Of a stretch of 64,000 nt of DNA, positions 1 through 11,762 are shown one piece after another. Position 1 is the first letter of the stretch. Every line of letters begins with the position of its first letter. The notes under the pieces are model-generated. The model did no database searches. It saw only the letters and a program-made list of their open reading frames with translations, and was not told where the DNA came from. Origin of the DNA: Lepidodermella squamata (Eukaryota > Animalia > Gastrotricha); assembly GCA_047495785.1 (NCBI GenBank), contig JBLDXI010000045.1:1-64000 (forward strand). The letters run 5' to 3'. The translations under genes and the position numbers were made by a program.

Positions 1-21
1 AAACTCACAGGGCTCATCAGG

Positions 22-315
22 ATGCTGTGCGCTGTGAACAAACAGTGTGACCCAGTGCTTTCCTGTAGAATTGTATACATTTCCTGTGTTACAGATAATC
101 AATTGTGGATTATTTTTCACAATAGGAAGCTGCTGTGGCTAGCTGATCAGCGGCTACAGACCAAAAATGTCAAACTTTTGTTAGTCACTGGATCAAAGAA
201 CAATTTGCTTATAAAAGACTGTGTACTTTATCATAAATTTAATACATTATATTCCCACTATGGTCTATCTATGAGACCACTTGAAAGAATAAAACCCTGT
301 AACGTTAGATTATAA
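22..315 (+). CDS. Possible 3' part of an unidentified element gene
   Basis: 97-codon ORF ending 3 nt before the ATPase ATG; no recognisable motif. Confidence 0.2.
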   Translation: MLCAVNKQCDPVLSCRIVYISCVTDNQLWIIFHNRKLLWLADQRLQTKNVKLLLVTGSKNNLLIKDCVLYHKFNTLYSHYGLSMRPLERIKPCNVRL

Positions 316-318
316 AGG

Positions 319-1162
319 ATGAGTGATTTGCGCTGCTGCCCTGGCAACATAAATGAAGCTTTGCCTTTTGTTCACCCTAGCACAATTCTCATTGTTGGGC
401 CGTAAGTGACGATGGAAATAAAAGTCAATATATTTTAGTGTAATTTACTCATCTTCAGGTCGGGGAGCGGTAAAACAAGTCTGGTGCTTCAAATCCTACA
501 GGATGCATTCAGTTTTGAACTTCCTTTTGAGAGAATTGTCTATTTTTATTCTACTTTCCAACCCATTTACAATGACATAGCCGATGCTGCATTGCAAGTT
601 CACAAAATTAAAGTTGAATTCGTAAATTTAGCAGACACAAAAAACAGCAGTAGCGATAGCTTCAGCTTAAAAAATTATATCAACGACAATAACGAGACGC
701 AGCCCCGCTGTTGCCTAGTATTTGATGACGTGTATCGCCTATTAACTGAAGACGAAACACTGGTACAGCTTTTTTTAGGAGGGCGGCACTTGAATACGAC
801 AACCATTCTCCTTCAACAAGTTTTGTTTACTCGAGCAAAAAATAGCAGGGAAATTCTGGTTTGCCTCAGAAAATTATTGTTTTTTCTTCTATGTATTTTC
901 TATTCTATAGCAAAATGCAAACTATTTATTCTATTTTCGCTGCATTTCCGACTCTGCAAGCTTTAGATCATATGCACAACGGCGTTCCCCAATGGGCTGG
1001 CGAGGCCTTCTTGAAGCGTTGAACCAAGCAACTGCTGAATCATCTCACACGCCACTGCTACTGGATAATTGTGCAACTACTCCGGATAATCTCCGCATTC
1101 GTTCGAGCAATGGCTTCGGTAGTAAACCTGGTTACGCTTACATTTTAGTCTCAAAGAAATGA
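319..1162 (+). CDS. Maverick genome-packaging ATPase (A32/FtsK-like), 3 exons: 319-401, 459-858, 911-1162
   Basis: Spliced translation gives FVHPSTILIVGP|SGSGKT (Walker A split by intron 402-458), Walker B LVFDD, GGRHLNTTTILLQQVLF, REIL|QNANY, and C-terminal LLLDNCATTPDNLRIRS. Introns are GT-AG, 57 and 52 nt. Confidence 0.9.
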
Positions 1163-1213
1163 TGATATGTACTATTATAAAAGGATTCATTGCCGCCCAA
1201 TTTTCGTCGTTAA

Positions 1214-1627
1214 ATGAATAAAGTTATTACCTCAGCAACGTCACCATCGTTCAGTCTTGATAAAAAACGGCGGCTTTTTCTTGCATTGAAATGGTTATTG
1301 CATGCTCACCCCGGTCAGCGTGCTGATATTTTAGCAACTAGCTCTGTTAGCCTTATACGATTTCTTAGCCGTTGCGCCTTGTATTGGCTTCGCAGCACTA
1401 GTACTGTTCTGGCCCCTGATTTGGCTAAATTGAAACAAAAAGGTGTCAATTTGGTCGAGCACAACCGGCAAGTTTTTATTCGACACTGCCTTAATAGCAA
1501 CAAGAACAATAGGCGAAATAAGGCTTCGAAAGCTTCCTTTTTTGCAGTTTTACCCACTGTATTGAAATCCTTTGCACCCAGGCTAAAGTTTGATTATTCA
1601 GAACTCAAGAGGCTTCTTCGAATCTAA
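1214..1627 (+). CDS. Small basic Maverick protein (conserved ATPase-adjacent ORF type)
   Basis: LKWLLHAHPGQRADILATSSVSLIRFLSRCALYWLR resembles the R.AIL..A...LI..LCECALNIL pattern I recall from animal Mavericks; TATAAAAGG about 35 nt upstream. Confidence 0.55.
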   Translation: MNKVITSATSPSFSLDKKRRLFLALKWLLHAHPGQRADILATSSVSLIRFLSRCALYWLRSTSTVLAPDLAKLKQKGVNLVEHNRQVFIRHCLNSNKNNRRNKASKASFFAVLPTVLKSFAPRLKFDYSELKRLLRI

Positions 1628-1630
1628 ACT

Positions 1631-2780
1631 ATGCAGCGAAACTATGCACAGCGCATGACTATTGTTCCACTTGCGACACCTGGGCCAACTCCAGCACAAC
1701 AACAACAACAACAACCAAACGCGAGCGACTTGATTGCTGCTAAAACATTGCTGAGCAATCCTCTGCTTTTCAAACTAGTGCAGCTATTACAGTCTTTAGA
1801 CCGGGATGTGATAAACAACGCTAGTAGTAGTGATAATTCAGCCGATTTAGTGCGAAAACGTAACGAACTCATGCATGAGATTATGAATTTGAAGAAGCTG
1901 GTAGTTTTACAAGGCAGTAGCCAGCCGCCAGCCGCTATTCCAATGTCGCCTGCACCAGCAGATCGAGCAGAATCGAGGCCGCGCTCCTCCTCCTCCTCCT
2001 CCTCCTCCTCCTCCTCCTCCTCCGCTGCCGCCGCCGCCGCTTCCTTCTGCTTCTTCTCCTCCTCCTCCTCCTCCTCCAAAAAAACAGCAGCAACAACAAC
2101 TTGCGCGCCAACAACCTACTAAATTAACATCTAGTAATTTTGGTCAAGCGGCCGGGCCTAGCTATAACAACTATAACAGAGATTCGGGTATTGGCGGCTT
2201 TCAGCAGCAGTTTTCACCTAATACAACGCCACGACCTTCAACTGATAATAGCAGCAATTATGAATTTGATGATCTTCAAATGGATTTTCTATTCGCTGCC
2301 CCGCAAACATCATCGACTTCTAGCGCTGCAGCCACGACCGTCCTCAGCCACGATGATGTTGTTGTTGATCGGCCTAATGATGAGCAGCTGCCTACGAGAG
2401 GAGGGACCCCCCGCGCGCGCACCCCCCAGGCCCCTCGAGACAGCAACACAACAGCAGGGTCGTCTTCGTTTAGCGGCGATGAGGACAGCAGCGGCAGCAA
2501 TAGTGAAGAGCTGCAAGATGGTGCTGATAATGATGATAATCAAGCAGAAAGGCAAGAAGAAGCCGCTGCCGCTGAACCGATGGAAATTGAGCTAGCTGGA
2601 GCAGCAACTGCAGCGGCAACGCCACGGAAGGGTCAAAAGCGCGGTAGAAAGCCACGTTCTATGACTGATCAAACACAAATATCACCACCTGGAAAACTTT
2701 TCCGAAGAACGTCACAGCGTAAGATAAATAAAATCAACAAGTTTCAAGCTGGCACAGGGTTTTGGAGTTTATTCATGTAA
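1631..2780 (+). CDS. Proline-rich/acidic low-complexity Maverick protein (one frameshift needed near 1905-1985)
   Basis: ORF 1631-2122 overlaps a second frame open from ~1905 to 2780 that encodes a polyproline tract, poly-Q, an acidic stretch, a basic stretch and C-terminal QAGTGFW. Confidence 0.55.
1985..2077. repeat. (CCT)n/(GCC)n trinucleotide microsatellite (polyproline-coding in the long frame)
   Basis: Direct inspection: about 13 CCT units, a GCC run, then about 6 CCT units. Confidence 0.9.
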
Positions 2781-2787
2781 TAATCGA

Positions 2788-5700
2788 TCATTGATCAGCG
2801 CTATATCCATGTGGATAAGTTAGAAAGGAAGCATCGCCGGGGCGTAGCCAACGTTTATCATAGGTTAAACGAATCTTTTTTGTTATATGAACACAATGAA
2901 TTTCCGATAACGGAGTATGCACTTTTTTAAACTGAGTCTGATCCAATTCAGCGATGACGCTGTTTTTGTTGTTATCACCCCGGCCCCCGCTTCCGCTGGT
3001 TTCGTTATCGTGGAGACTTTGTATTACATGCTTGATGAACAAGAAAAAATCGAGAAGACTGCGTGAATGAAAACTTTGACGTATTCCCTGCGCGTGACGT
3101 AAATAATAAAAAACAGAGGGCGTAACAACAAGTAGCAATTACCTTTAACATTAGCTTGGCTTTGCCGTCAGCAAAAAGTAGGGCATATGCCTTACAGCCC
3201 AGTACAACCATTGCAATGATGCGTTGCCCTGTATCAAGCTGATCCGCCAAGCCGCCAAGAACGGGTGTGAACTCAATTTTAGTAATTCCAGGCCCTTGAA
3301 GGCAAAAAATTGAATCCGTGTCTAAAACAAAAGACAAAAAACGTAGAGATGTTGGTAGCATAAGCGGCGCTATTCTCTAACCGCTGTAGATAGCACTTTT
3401 TGGGCCGACTCGGTACAGCTCACGAGCCAGTTTCACACGAGCATTAGCTGTTACGAAGGCCGCTGTTATAACTGAGGTGGATCCATTTGGAACGTCGGCA
3501 TCTTTGGTTGGCCGTGTTACAATTCGCAAGCGAGAGACATCATCAGAGTTGATGAGTAAGCCTAGTGGTTGAATATCCACAATTTCCAAAGCTGGATTAT
3601 TTAGCATTTGCTGAAGCAGAAACGGGGATTTGATATAATCTGTTCTCTCTAGATTAGAATTCATAGCAAATCGACCAAAAAAGCTGTTCAAAACTAATTT
3701 GGCGATCGCGCGTAACCCAGGGTTCTTTTTATCCAACTTGGTGCTATCAATCGTTATACCAATGCGTTCCCATTGCTCCAAATACTGTGCTTTTTGTTCA
3801 CTAGTAGCACAGTTTGGCGGCCAGCCGGAGGATTCGGCCTTCAAAATGGTGAATCTTTTAATGAAATCTCTGAAAATTGTATTGCTCTTCTTGAACTCCC
3901 ATATCTAAAAAAAATAACTTGATAGAAGCCATGCATGAGTTGGCTAAACAAAATTATTAACCTCGTAGACTTCCAGCAATCTGTAGCCATGAACATCTGT
4001 AGCGTACTTCAGTTCCACAGAGCAATACGAACCAATCCAGGACCTTTCATAATCAGAATGGGTGCATTCACGGCTTGAAACGCACAAGTTTGGATTTGCA
4101 GTCGACGAACAAGCATAGCAACATGAGAACACGAGCTTGTTTTGTTTACTACGAAAGCAGAGTACAGGTAGCCAGATGTTTTTCGGCGCTAATACCTAGC
4201 AAAATAATGTGGTGATGATGAAAGCAGGGAGACGATATGTAGATGCGAAGAGCTTACGCGTGCTTGTACGACACCAAAAAAAGATTCCTTTGAATAAATC
4301 TCCTGCAGTTTCTCGTTGTTTAATCTGAGATCCAAGGTGGATACTTTAGGTGGTCCTATTGCATAGTAGCCATCCATCATACAGCTTGGATATAACGAGT
4401 TGAAGTCGGCGGAAATTATAGAATAATCGGGCGATGGAAATAAGAAGTCCTTGGTTTGCATCCCGCTTTCCTTACAAATTTGAGCAATCTTTTCCAAATT
4501 TTGGTCGCCTGAAGTTGAGTGTGATTCGGCAATCATAGCCATTAAACGAAAAGCTTCGACCCGCCCTAAAAAGTAGGCATGATGTTTTAATCCCGCGAAG
4601 ATTAAATAGGGAAAACCTCCAGTTACCTCCAAAGAAAAACGAACGGCTCTCCATTACATTAGCTATTGTGAGATTATCATAAATCTCCTGTGCTCTCGGG
4701 TGTTGTTTGAAACTAGCTCTAATTTCATGCTCCCAAAAGCTTTGAAGAATGTAACCATTCGAGCGAAACAACTCTTCACGTTCCAAGGTTTGCTTGTAAA
4801 CTACGCCGTTTGGTTGTCCAGATAGAAAATTTAGTTGTGAGGCCTCAAAGCATTGCAAGCAGCCATGGACAGCACAACCATGAACCTCGACAATCAGATC
4901 GGGTTCACTCGGAATTTTATCACGACGTGCAACAAAACCGTCGACGCGATAAGGATAACGGTGGCCAGGTATAGATATTCGAACTTCTTGACGTGAGTTC
5001 TGAGCGTGTTTCATTGAACCATAAGTTTCAGGGTCAGACTCCATCAGAAATTGAAGAAAAGCTATCGAGAGCCTGCTGTGTGAATCCTTGCCACAGTAGC
5101 CAGCGGTCGGGATGACAGGTAATGTATCCTTCGTAAGAAACAGCTTGCGGAAGCATGTGCTTGTGAGAGAAGCTAGTGTGATGCATTCTTTAAAGGCATC
5201 AGTAGAACACAACTCCAGCATTAGCGCCCGAAATTTGATTGACGCCTTTTCCAAAACTAGACAATCCTGTATGCAGTATTGCAGTAACGTGTGGCGAACA
5301 CTGAACCGTTTCAGTTTGTTTTCGTTGTAGAAAGTTAGAAATTCTGCTCTTTCAGAAGGAGACATTTTGTCAGGCTCATAGTAGATCATATTAGGCAGCT
5401 GTGGGAATTCGAGATTGAAACTCGAAGGATTACAGCGAATTCAATCACAATAGCTCAAGAAGTTGATGATGTACTTACTTTTCTTTAGTGCATAAGACGT
5501 AAGGAAAGAAGGTTTTCTTGTCTGGGATTCCCATTGTTGCTGGTAAATCCCTGTTGTTGAACAAATACCTGTAAGCAATGTAGTTTCTTAGTGTTTCTTA
5601 GGTAACCTACCTTAATCTGCATTGAAAAAAGAGATATGAATCCAAAAATCTGATTTTTTGTTGTTTGAAATCAATGCATAGTAGAGATCCCTGCCTTTGA

Positions 5701-7650
5701 AGAATCTTCACTTTAGAACATCGTGTTTGAATTTCTTTCAGTAATAATAAGGAATCGAAATTGGCTGAGTTGTGAGCCAAATAAATCGACTGGTAATTCA
5801 TAGGTAGAAGCACCCAGTTTACGAAATCCTCCAGAGGACGACTTCCATAAAAAATATGAAGTCCACAACTAGAATGGCATCGCTGAATCCTCGCTTCGAT
5901 GCAGTGAGGTATGCATACGACCTTTGCAACGATAAGGCATACTTGGAACTCATTGTTGTTATCAGCAAGTGATGGCGAAAATGTCTCAGTGTCCCAAAAA
6001 ACTAGGTTACGATAACGTTCCAGTTTATTCGCCGGTTTCAAGGGCTAAAAATACACCAACCACAGTATTTTGAAAAAAGCTGGACTGAAAAAAATGAGTA
6101 TACCAAGGGAGTCATGAAGCAGAAGTGTGTGCCATTTTCTTCGTCGCTGGCTTTCAAAGGCTCCTGACAAATGTGACAGCGCCGCCCGGGACACATAGCC
6201 TCATGCTTGAGAAAATGTACAAATTTCCTCCCGCATTTAAAGCATGGATTCTTTTTAGCACATTTGTGGTTTTGCTTACAACGTTCGCTATACAAAACTA
6301 AAAACATAAAAAGAGCTGAATAATAATGAAAAGGTTAAAAACATCAGACCTGCACGACATTGCGGACACCGCGTGTAGTTTTGTTGGTCTGTGTTGGAAA
6401 TCACACGGCAAATGCTCCCTGATACACCTAAAATAATATTAATGATAAAAGAAGTGAAATTCAGGTTTTTCATGTAAAAATTACGGCAGGAAGAGCATGC
6501 CAACTTGCATCTGTGCACAGCCGTACTCGTTTTCGTCTGAAAGCAAGTGGGGCATATTCGTTGTGCATTGCTAAGAGTGGCCTTCATAAAGTTGAGATTC
6601 GCAATGACATGAAAATGATGACTGTTGGGCTGAGAGACGTCGTTGCGATAAACCAGTAGAACAACAGGAAGCAACCCAAGGCTTACGCGATGATCAAATT
6701 CTGGGATTTCCCTAATAACATCCTGTGATTCGTACGAGTATACTACGAATCTGTAAGTATTATGTTCAGGATCGATAGCCGAACACAGGGCTGAGTAATG
6801 ATCATCTAGATTGTAGGCTGGAAGGTTGAGAGGTAAGCCCGCTTTCTGATATAGCGCCGTGGCTTCGCGAAATTGACGATTGGTTCGCGTACTACGTATC
6901 GATTTGAAGGTTGCTTGAAGAGATGGATCCGTAGGATTCGCCTTCATGTGAGCCAAAGCCACTCCAGTGATGAGAGCTCTGCCCATGCAAAGATTGTTCG
7001 TTTCATTCTTGCGCGCTCCGATTCTAACGATCGATTTGGAGCGAAGAAAAAATTTGTCCAAAGTTTCGTTTATAGCCCGCTCTGCCCGAGAACCACCAAC
7101 AATTTGACCTAGATCTGCATTGGGGTTATCAATGACACAGAGACGAATTGTCCACCGACCAGCAAATGAGAGTTCTTCATTACTCTGTAATATTTTTCTC
7201 AGTTGATCAAAAATTGAAATTTCCAGCAACCGATCGCGTTTCATGAAGGGTAGGCTAAGAGGCATCTTCAAGTCGGGGTGGTACAGTGTTAGCCGGCAGA
7301 AGGAATTCACAGACACATCTCGTGAGAGTATGGATATTTACAACAATATCGAACAGGAAGTTGGCCAGAATATTGAAGCGGGTCTCCAAATCAATATTAG
7401 CCACCTGGTCGGCTGGTACGTTCTGCACAAATGATCGAATATTATCCAGTCGAGGTTCATCAGCGCCACCAGACAATTGAATCATCGGCCCAAGCGAACT
7501 AGAAGATTGGCCATATCTGTTGATGTAGGTTGAGGCAAAGTCGGATGTTACGGGCTGAATGAAGTACTCCACAGAAAACATTTTGAATTTTGTAGAATGA
7601 ATCAGGCGATTACTTCGAATAAATGAGTATTGTAAACTATAGTTATCCAT
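2788..7650 (-). CDS. polB: Protein-primed DNA polymerase B (copy A, only full-length copy), 11 exons
   Basis: Motifs: ExoI VFWDTET, ExoII AHNSANFD, ExoIII YCIQDC, FFG|GRVE, motif A DFNSLYPS, motif B KLVLNSFFG, motif C YS|DTDS, K|GI, C-terminal YDKR...TYPHGY. Introns: 3088-3142, 3322-3381, 3905-3961, 4196-4257, 4566-4626, 5421-5478, 5551-5610, 6045-6103, 6298-6349, 6428-6484. After correcting the 17-for-10 nt substitution at 7313 the CDS is 4275 nt = 1424 aa + stop. Confidence 0.93.
7313..7329 (+). other. Foreign 17-mer ACACATCTCGTGAGAGT, probably PacBio barcode bc1003 adapter remnant
   Basis: Replaces GTAAATCACG present in the other two copies. The same 17-mer recurs at 13257. Matches bc1003 as I recall it. 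Confidence 0.85.
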
Positions 7651-7767
7651 AACAATCTAAGATTAAAAATTTAAAATTGATCGAATTTGGGAAGAGGTAA
7701 AACTTTATTACAAGGATAGATTGAAATAAATATTCAGTAAGTCATTTTAGTCAAGTTTTGTGTTAGC

Positions 7768-8288
7768 TTATTCATTGGCTGTTTCAATCATCGCTGCAAC
7801 AGTTAACACCCCAGTTGCAAGGTCTTGAAACTGAGCTGCATCAAGAGAGACTCCTTGTCTTGAGGGTTGTTTATTTCCTAAAAGTTAAATCATAAAAAGA
7901 TTGCTATTACTGTAAATTTGAAGTAAATACCTTTAGCATCCAGATAAAACCTGCGTATATCTATAAGAATCGGTGAAAATGATGGCACAAAGACACAGAC
8001 TTCAATTTTGCATTCATGCATCGAAAATTTAAAGCCTGTGTTGTGAGATAGCAGGGCAAGTTGAGCCTGAGCAACCCAAGCATCATTCGGCGGTCGAAAA
8101 TAAGGAACGAACTGGCTAAGAAATTCGTCTTGTCTAAAGGCGAGTTTTTTAGGCTTATCGTTCTTATCTTTGCGATCAGTCATTATGTAGATGAGATTAG
8201 AATCCTGAGGATGCTGTTGAATGACCAAGTTACTAGACATGTGATGATTGACTGTCTGGTTAGCAGATTCTACTATCGCCTCAGCCAT
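7768..8288 (-). CDS. PC4-like ssDNA-binding protein (duplicate copy A)
   Basis: Same as 18986-19507. Confidence 0.6.
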
Positions 8289-8330
8289 GATTATTGAAAA
8301 TTAAATCTAATGAAATAAGAATGTAAAACT

Positions 8331-8691
8331 TTAAGGATGGGTTCTTTATATTGGCATAACTTTTCATGCCCAAAAATGAGGTCATAAGTTAGAGTAATGG
8401 GACAGCCTTTATCAGAATATTGGCATTTGTAAATCAAATTCGAGATAATGTTCGATAAAATTACAGGGGGTTTAACGAAATCTTTCCCTGTTAATGATTC
8501 GCGGCAAAGTGGACAGCAACATACTGTTCGAGCTGAATTTTGAAAAATAGCGAGAACACATTTAGTACAAATAAATGGCCACAGGGGCGCGTTTGAATAG
8601 GATTAAGTAGGATAGATAAACAAATTGGACATTGCAAAGATTCAGCGTCTAAAATCTGGCTGTTCGAGAGCACAAGTCTTGTTGGATCCAT
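8331..8691 (-). pseudogene. RING-TRAF-type E3 (duplicate copy A, frameshifted)
   Basis: Same as 19550-19912 but with 1-nt homopolymer deletions (~8335, ~8570); probably read errors. Confidence 0.6.
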
Positions 8692-8701
8692 CAATGAGGA
8701 T

Positions 8702-9463
8702 TCAAGTCTGAGAGATTACAGGCGTGATAAGAGAGGCAACATACTGAGAAGCTTGCTTTAGAACCTCAGAGGCATTCAAATTATCAGTGTCGATAACAAG
8801 CACGGGACATGGTAGGGATTTGTTTGTAGTCTCAACAGTACACATTTTTTCATGAAACTCATGTACGAGGCGTAAATAATCCAGTGATAATAGCATTTCA
8901 GACCCCGAGCTCTAGCTACGGCTCTTTGACAAGCTATTTGGGGAGAGGAGCGCAAGTAAATAATAGCTTCAGTTTTTACAAAATTCGGCTCGAAATTATC
9001 ATACAAATTCATGAGAGCGTGATATTCGATAGAATTTATGCGCTTGGATGCATACGCACATGGGATAAAGACGTTTTAGAACAGAAGGGCGTTCGATCAT
9101 GCAGAACGATAGTATGCGCCCCGTAGATTTCAGGTTTGTGGTTAGGGGCTGAATAAAGGCCGCACATATCACTCGTGGCTACAATTTGAAAGTTGAACGC
9201 ATTTTTCATCTGATAGTAATCTTTCAAAATGTTAGTTTTATCGTCATCAGTAAAGGACTCCCAACGATGAACAGGCTCGCAAATTGGCCACGCGGTATAT
9301 CCCTGAAGTTTACGGTTGAGTGAAGGTAGATTAGTGAGACCCTCGATTAGGTTGATTTCCCGCTAAAACAAGAGACTTTAAATAGAATTCTATTCGGTGG
9401 AGTATATGAGACTTACGCCCCAATGTTGCCGACTATGCCGAAATGGTAGACTTTAGGATGCAT
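8702..9463 (-). pseudogene. Deoxynucleoside kinase (duplicate copy A, frameshifted)
   Basis: Same as 19923-20687 with 1-nt deletions (~8900, ~9075, ~9350). Confidence 0.6.
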
Positions 9464-9896
9464 CCAGCTTGCTTCAAGAAATATGCTAAGTGTATTCTTG
9501 AAGCATCTCTCTTAAATAGTCTGAGTGAAATTTCCATAAAAGGAAAAAACAGGGAGATGTTTTGTTTGAATTGTTTAAGGTAATTACACCGTAAAGGGTA
9601 AAAAATCCTAATTGCTTTTTATTTTGATAAGTAAAAAATCGCATTGTTTAATTAGGGAGGATGTATAAGATTTATTGACATGATGTTTTCTTATTGAATT
9701 ACCGACAGCAATTAAGGAGGATGTATACAATACCAAGAATCTTTGATGAAAAGCATTAAAGCCAGCACTGAGGGGTCAACAGAGCTAAAGGCCCTAATGC
9801 ATTTTTAAGGAAGATTGAATTACAAAACAATATGCCTGAAAGGAGGTAGCCGCTCACATAAAAATCGAACCTCAGTAACAATATAAATTATAAAAT

Positions 9897-9957
9897 ATGA
9901 AGCTGAAGGTAGAGCTAACAAGTAACAAAGCTAAAGAACCGACAAAGCATACTAAGG
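9897..9957 (+). pseudogene. dUTPase 5' stub truncated at the fold-back junction
   Basis: MKLKVELTSNKAKEPTKHTK is identical to the 21122 start, then switches to the inverted dNK sequence. Confidence 0.75.
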
Positions 9958-10708
9958 CTACCATTTCGGCATAGTCGGCAACATTGGGGCGTAAGTCTCA
10001 TATACTCCACCGAATAGAATTCTATTTAAAGTCTCTTGTTTTAGCGGGAAATCAACCTTAATCGAGGGTCTCACTAATCTACCTTCACTCAACCGTAAAC
10101 TTCAGGGATATACCGCGTGGCCAATTTGCGAGCCTGTTCATCGTTGGGAGTCCTTTACTGATGACGATAAAACTAACATTTTGAAAGATTACTATCAGAT
10201 GAAAAATGCGTTCAACTTTCAAATTGTAGCCACGAGTGATATGTGCGGCCTTTATTCAGCCCCTAACCACAAACCTGAAATCTACGGGGCGCATACTATC
10301 GTTCTGCATGATCGAACGCCCTTCTGTTCTAAAAACGTCTTTATCCCATGTGCGTATGCATCCAAGCGCATAAATTCTATCGAATATCACGCTCTCATGA
10401 ATTTGTATGATAATTTCGAGCCGAATTTTGTAAAAACTGAAGCTATTATTTACTTGCGCTCCTCTCCCCAAATAGCTTGTCAAAGAGCCGTAGCTAGAGC
10501 TCGGGGTTCTGAAATGCTATTATCACTGGATTATTTACGCCTCGTACATGAGTTTCATGAAAAAATGTGTACTGTTGAGACTACAAACAAATCCCTACCA
10601 TGTCCCGTGCTTGTTATCGACACTGATAATTTGAATGCCTCTGAGGTTCTAAAGCAAGCTTCTCAGTATGTTGCCTCTCTTATCACGCCTGTAATCTCTC
10701 AGACTTGA
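9958..10708 (+). CDS. Deoxynucleoside kinase (inverted copy B, lacks first codons)
   Basis: Same as 19923-20687. Confidence 0.6.
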
Positions 10709-10718
10709 ATCCTCATTG

Positions 10719-11081
10719 ATGGATCCAACAAGACTTGTGCTCTCGAACAGCCAGATTTTAGACGCTGAATCTTTGCAATGTCCAATTTGTTTATCTATCC
10801 TACTTAATCCTATTCAAACGCGCCCCTGTGGCCATTTATTTTGTACTAAATGTGTTCTCGCTATTTTTCAAAATTCAGCTCGAACAGTATGTTGCTGTCC
10901 ACTTTGCCGCGAATCATTAACAGGGAAAGATTTCGTTAAACCCCCTGTAATTTTATCGAACATTATCTCGAATTTGATTTACAAATGCCAATATTCTGAT
11001 AAAGGCTGTCCCATTACTCTAACTTATGACCTCATTTTTGGGCATGAAAAGTTATGCCAATATAAAGAACCCATCCCTTAA
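10719..11081 (+). CDS. RING-TRAF-type E3 (inverted copy B)
   Basis: Identical protein to 19550-19912. Confidence 0.65.
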   Translation: MDPTRLVLSNSQILDAESLQCPICLSILLNPIQTRPCGHLFCTKCVLAIFQNSARTVCCCPLCRESLTGKDFVKPPVILSNIISNLIYKCQYSDKGCPITLTYDLIFGHEKLCQYKEPIP

Positions 11082-11123
11082 AGTTTTACATTCTTATTTC
11101 ATTAGATTTAATTTTCAATAATC

Positions 11124-11645
11124 ATGGCTGAGGCGATAGTAGAATCTGCTAACCAGACAGTCAATCATCACATGTCTAGTAACTTGGTCATTCAACAGCA
11201 TCCTCAGGATTCTAATCTCATCTACATAATGACTGATCGCAAAGATAAGAACGATAAGCCTAAAAAACTCGCCTTTAGACAAGACGAATTTCTTAGCCAG
11301 TTCGTTCCTTATTTTCGACCGCCGAATGATGCTTGGGTTGCTCAGGCTCAACTTGCCCTGCTATCTCACAACACAGGCTTTAAATTTTCGATGCATGAAT
11401 GCAAAATTGAAGTCTGTGTCTTTGTGCCATCATTTTCACCGATTCTTATAGATATACGCAGGTTTTATCTGGATGCTAAAGGTATTTACTTCAAATTTAC
11501 AGTAATAGCAATCTTTTTATGATTTAACTTTTTAGGAAATAAACAACCCTCAAGACAAGGAGTCTCTCTTGATGCAGCTCAGTTTCAAGACCTTGCAACT
11601 GGGGTGTTAACTGTTGCAGCGATGATTGAAACAGCCAATGAATAA
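11124..11645 (+). CDS. PC4-like ssDNA-binding protein (inverted copy B; intron 11482-11535)
   Basis: Identical to 18986-19507. Confidence 0.65.
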
Positions 11646-11762
11646 GCTAACACAAAACTTGACTAAAATGACTTACTGAATATTTATTTCAATCTATCCT
11701 TGTAATAAAGTTTTACCTCTTCCCAAATTCGATCAATTTTAAATTTTTAATCTTAGATTGTT

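Larger units (their letters stand above)
3672..9957. repeat. Copy A of ~6.3 kb segment (direct repeat of 14897-21180)
   Basis: Identical ORFs offset by 11,225 nt (e.g. 3944 vs 15169). Single-base homopolymer deletions appear only after 7329. Confidence 0.95.

Noticed and set aside
1642-2079. Poly-Glu/poly-Ala/poly-Cys ORF on the minus strand
   Set aside because: Antisense shadow of trinucleotide repeats.
2788-6484. Fragmented PolB ORFs as pseudogene decay or programmed frameshifting
   Set aside because: Each break coincides with a 52-62 nt GT-AG segment whose removal restores frame and motifs.
7313-7329. The recurring 17-mer as a site-specific recombination or invertase site
   Set aside because: It is absent from the clean copy C, has no dyad structure and matches a sequencing barcode as I recall it.
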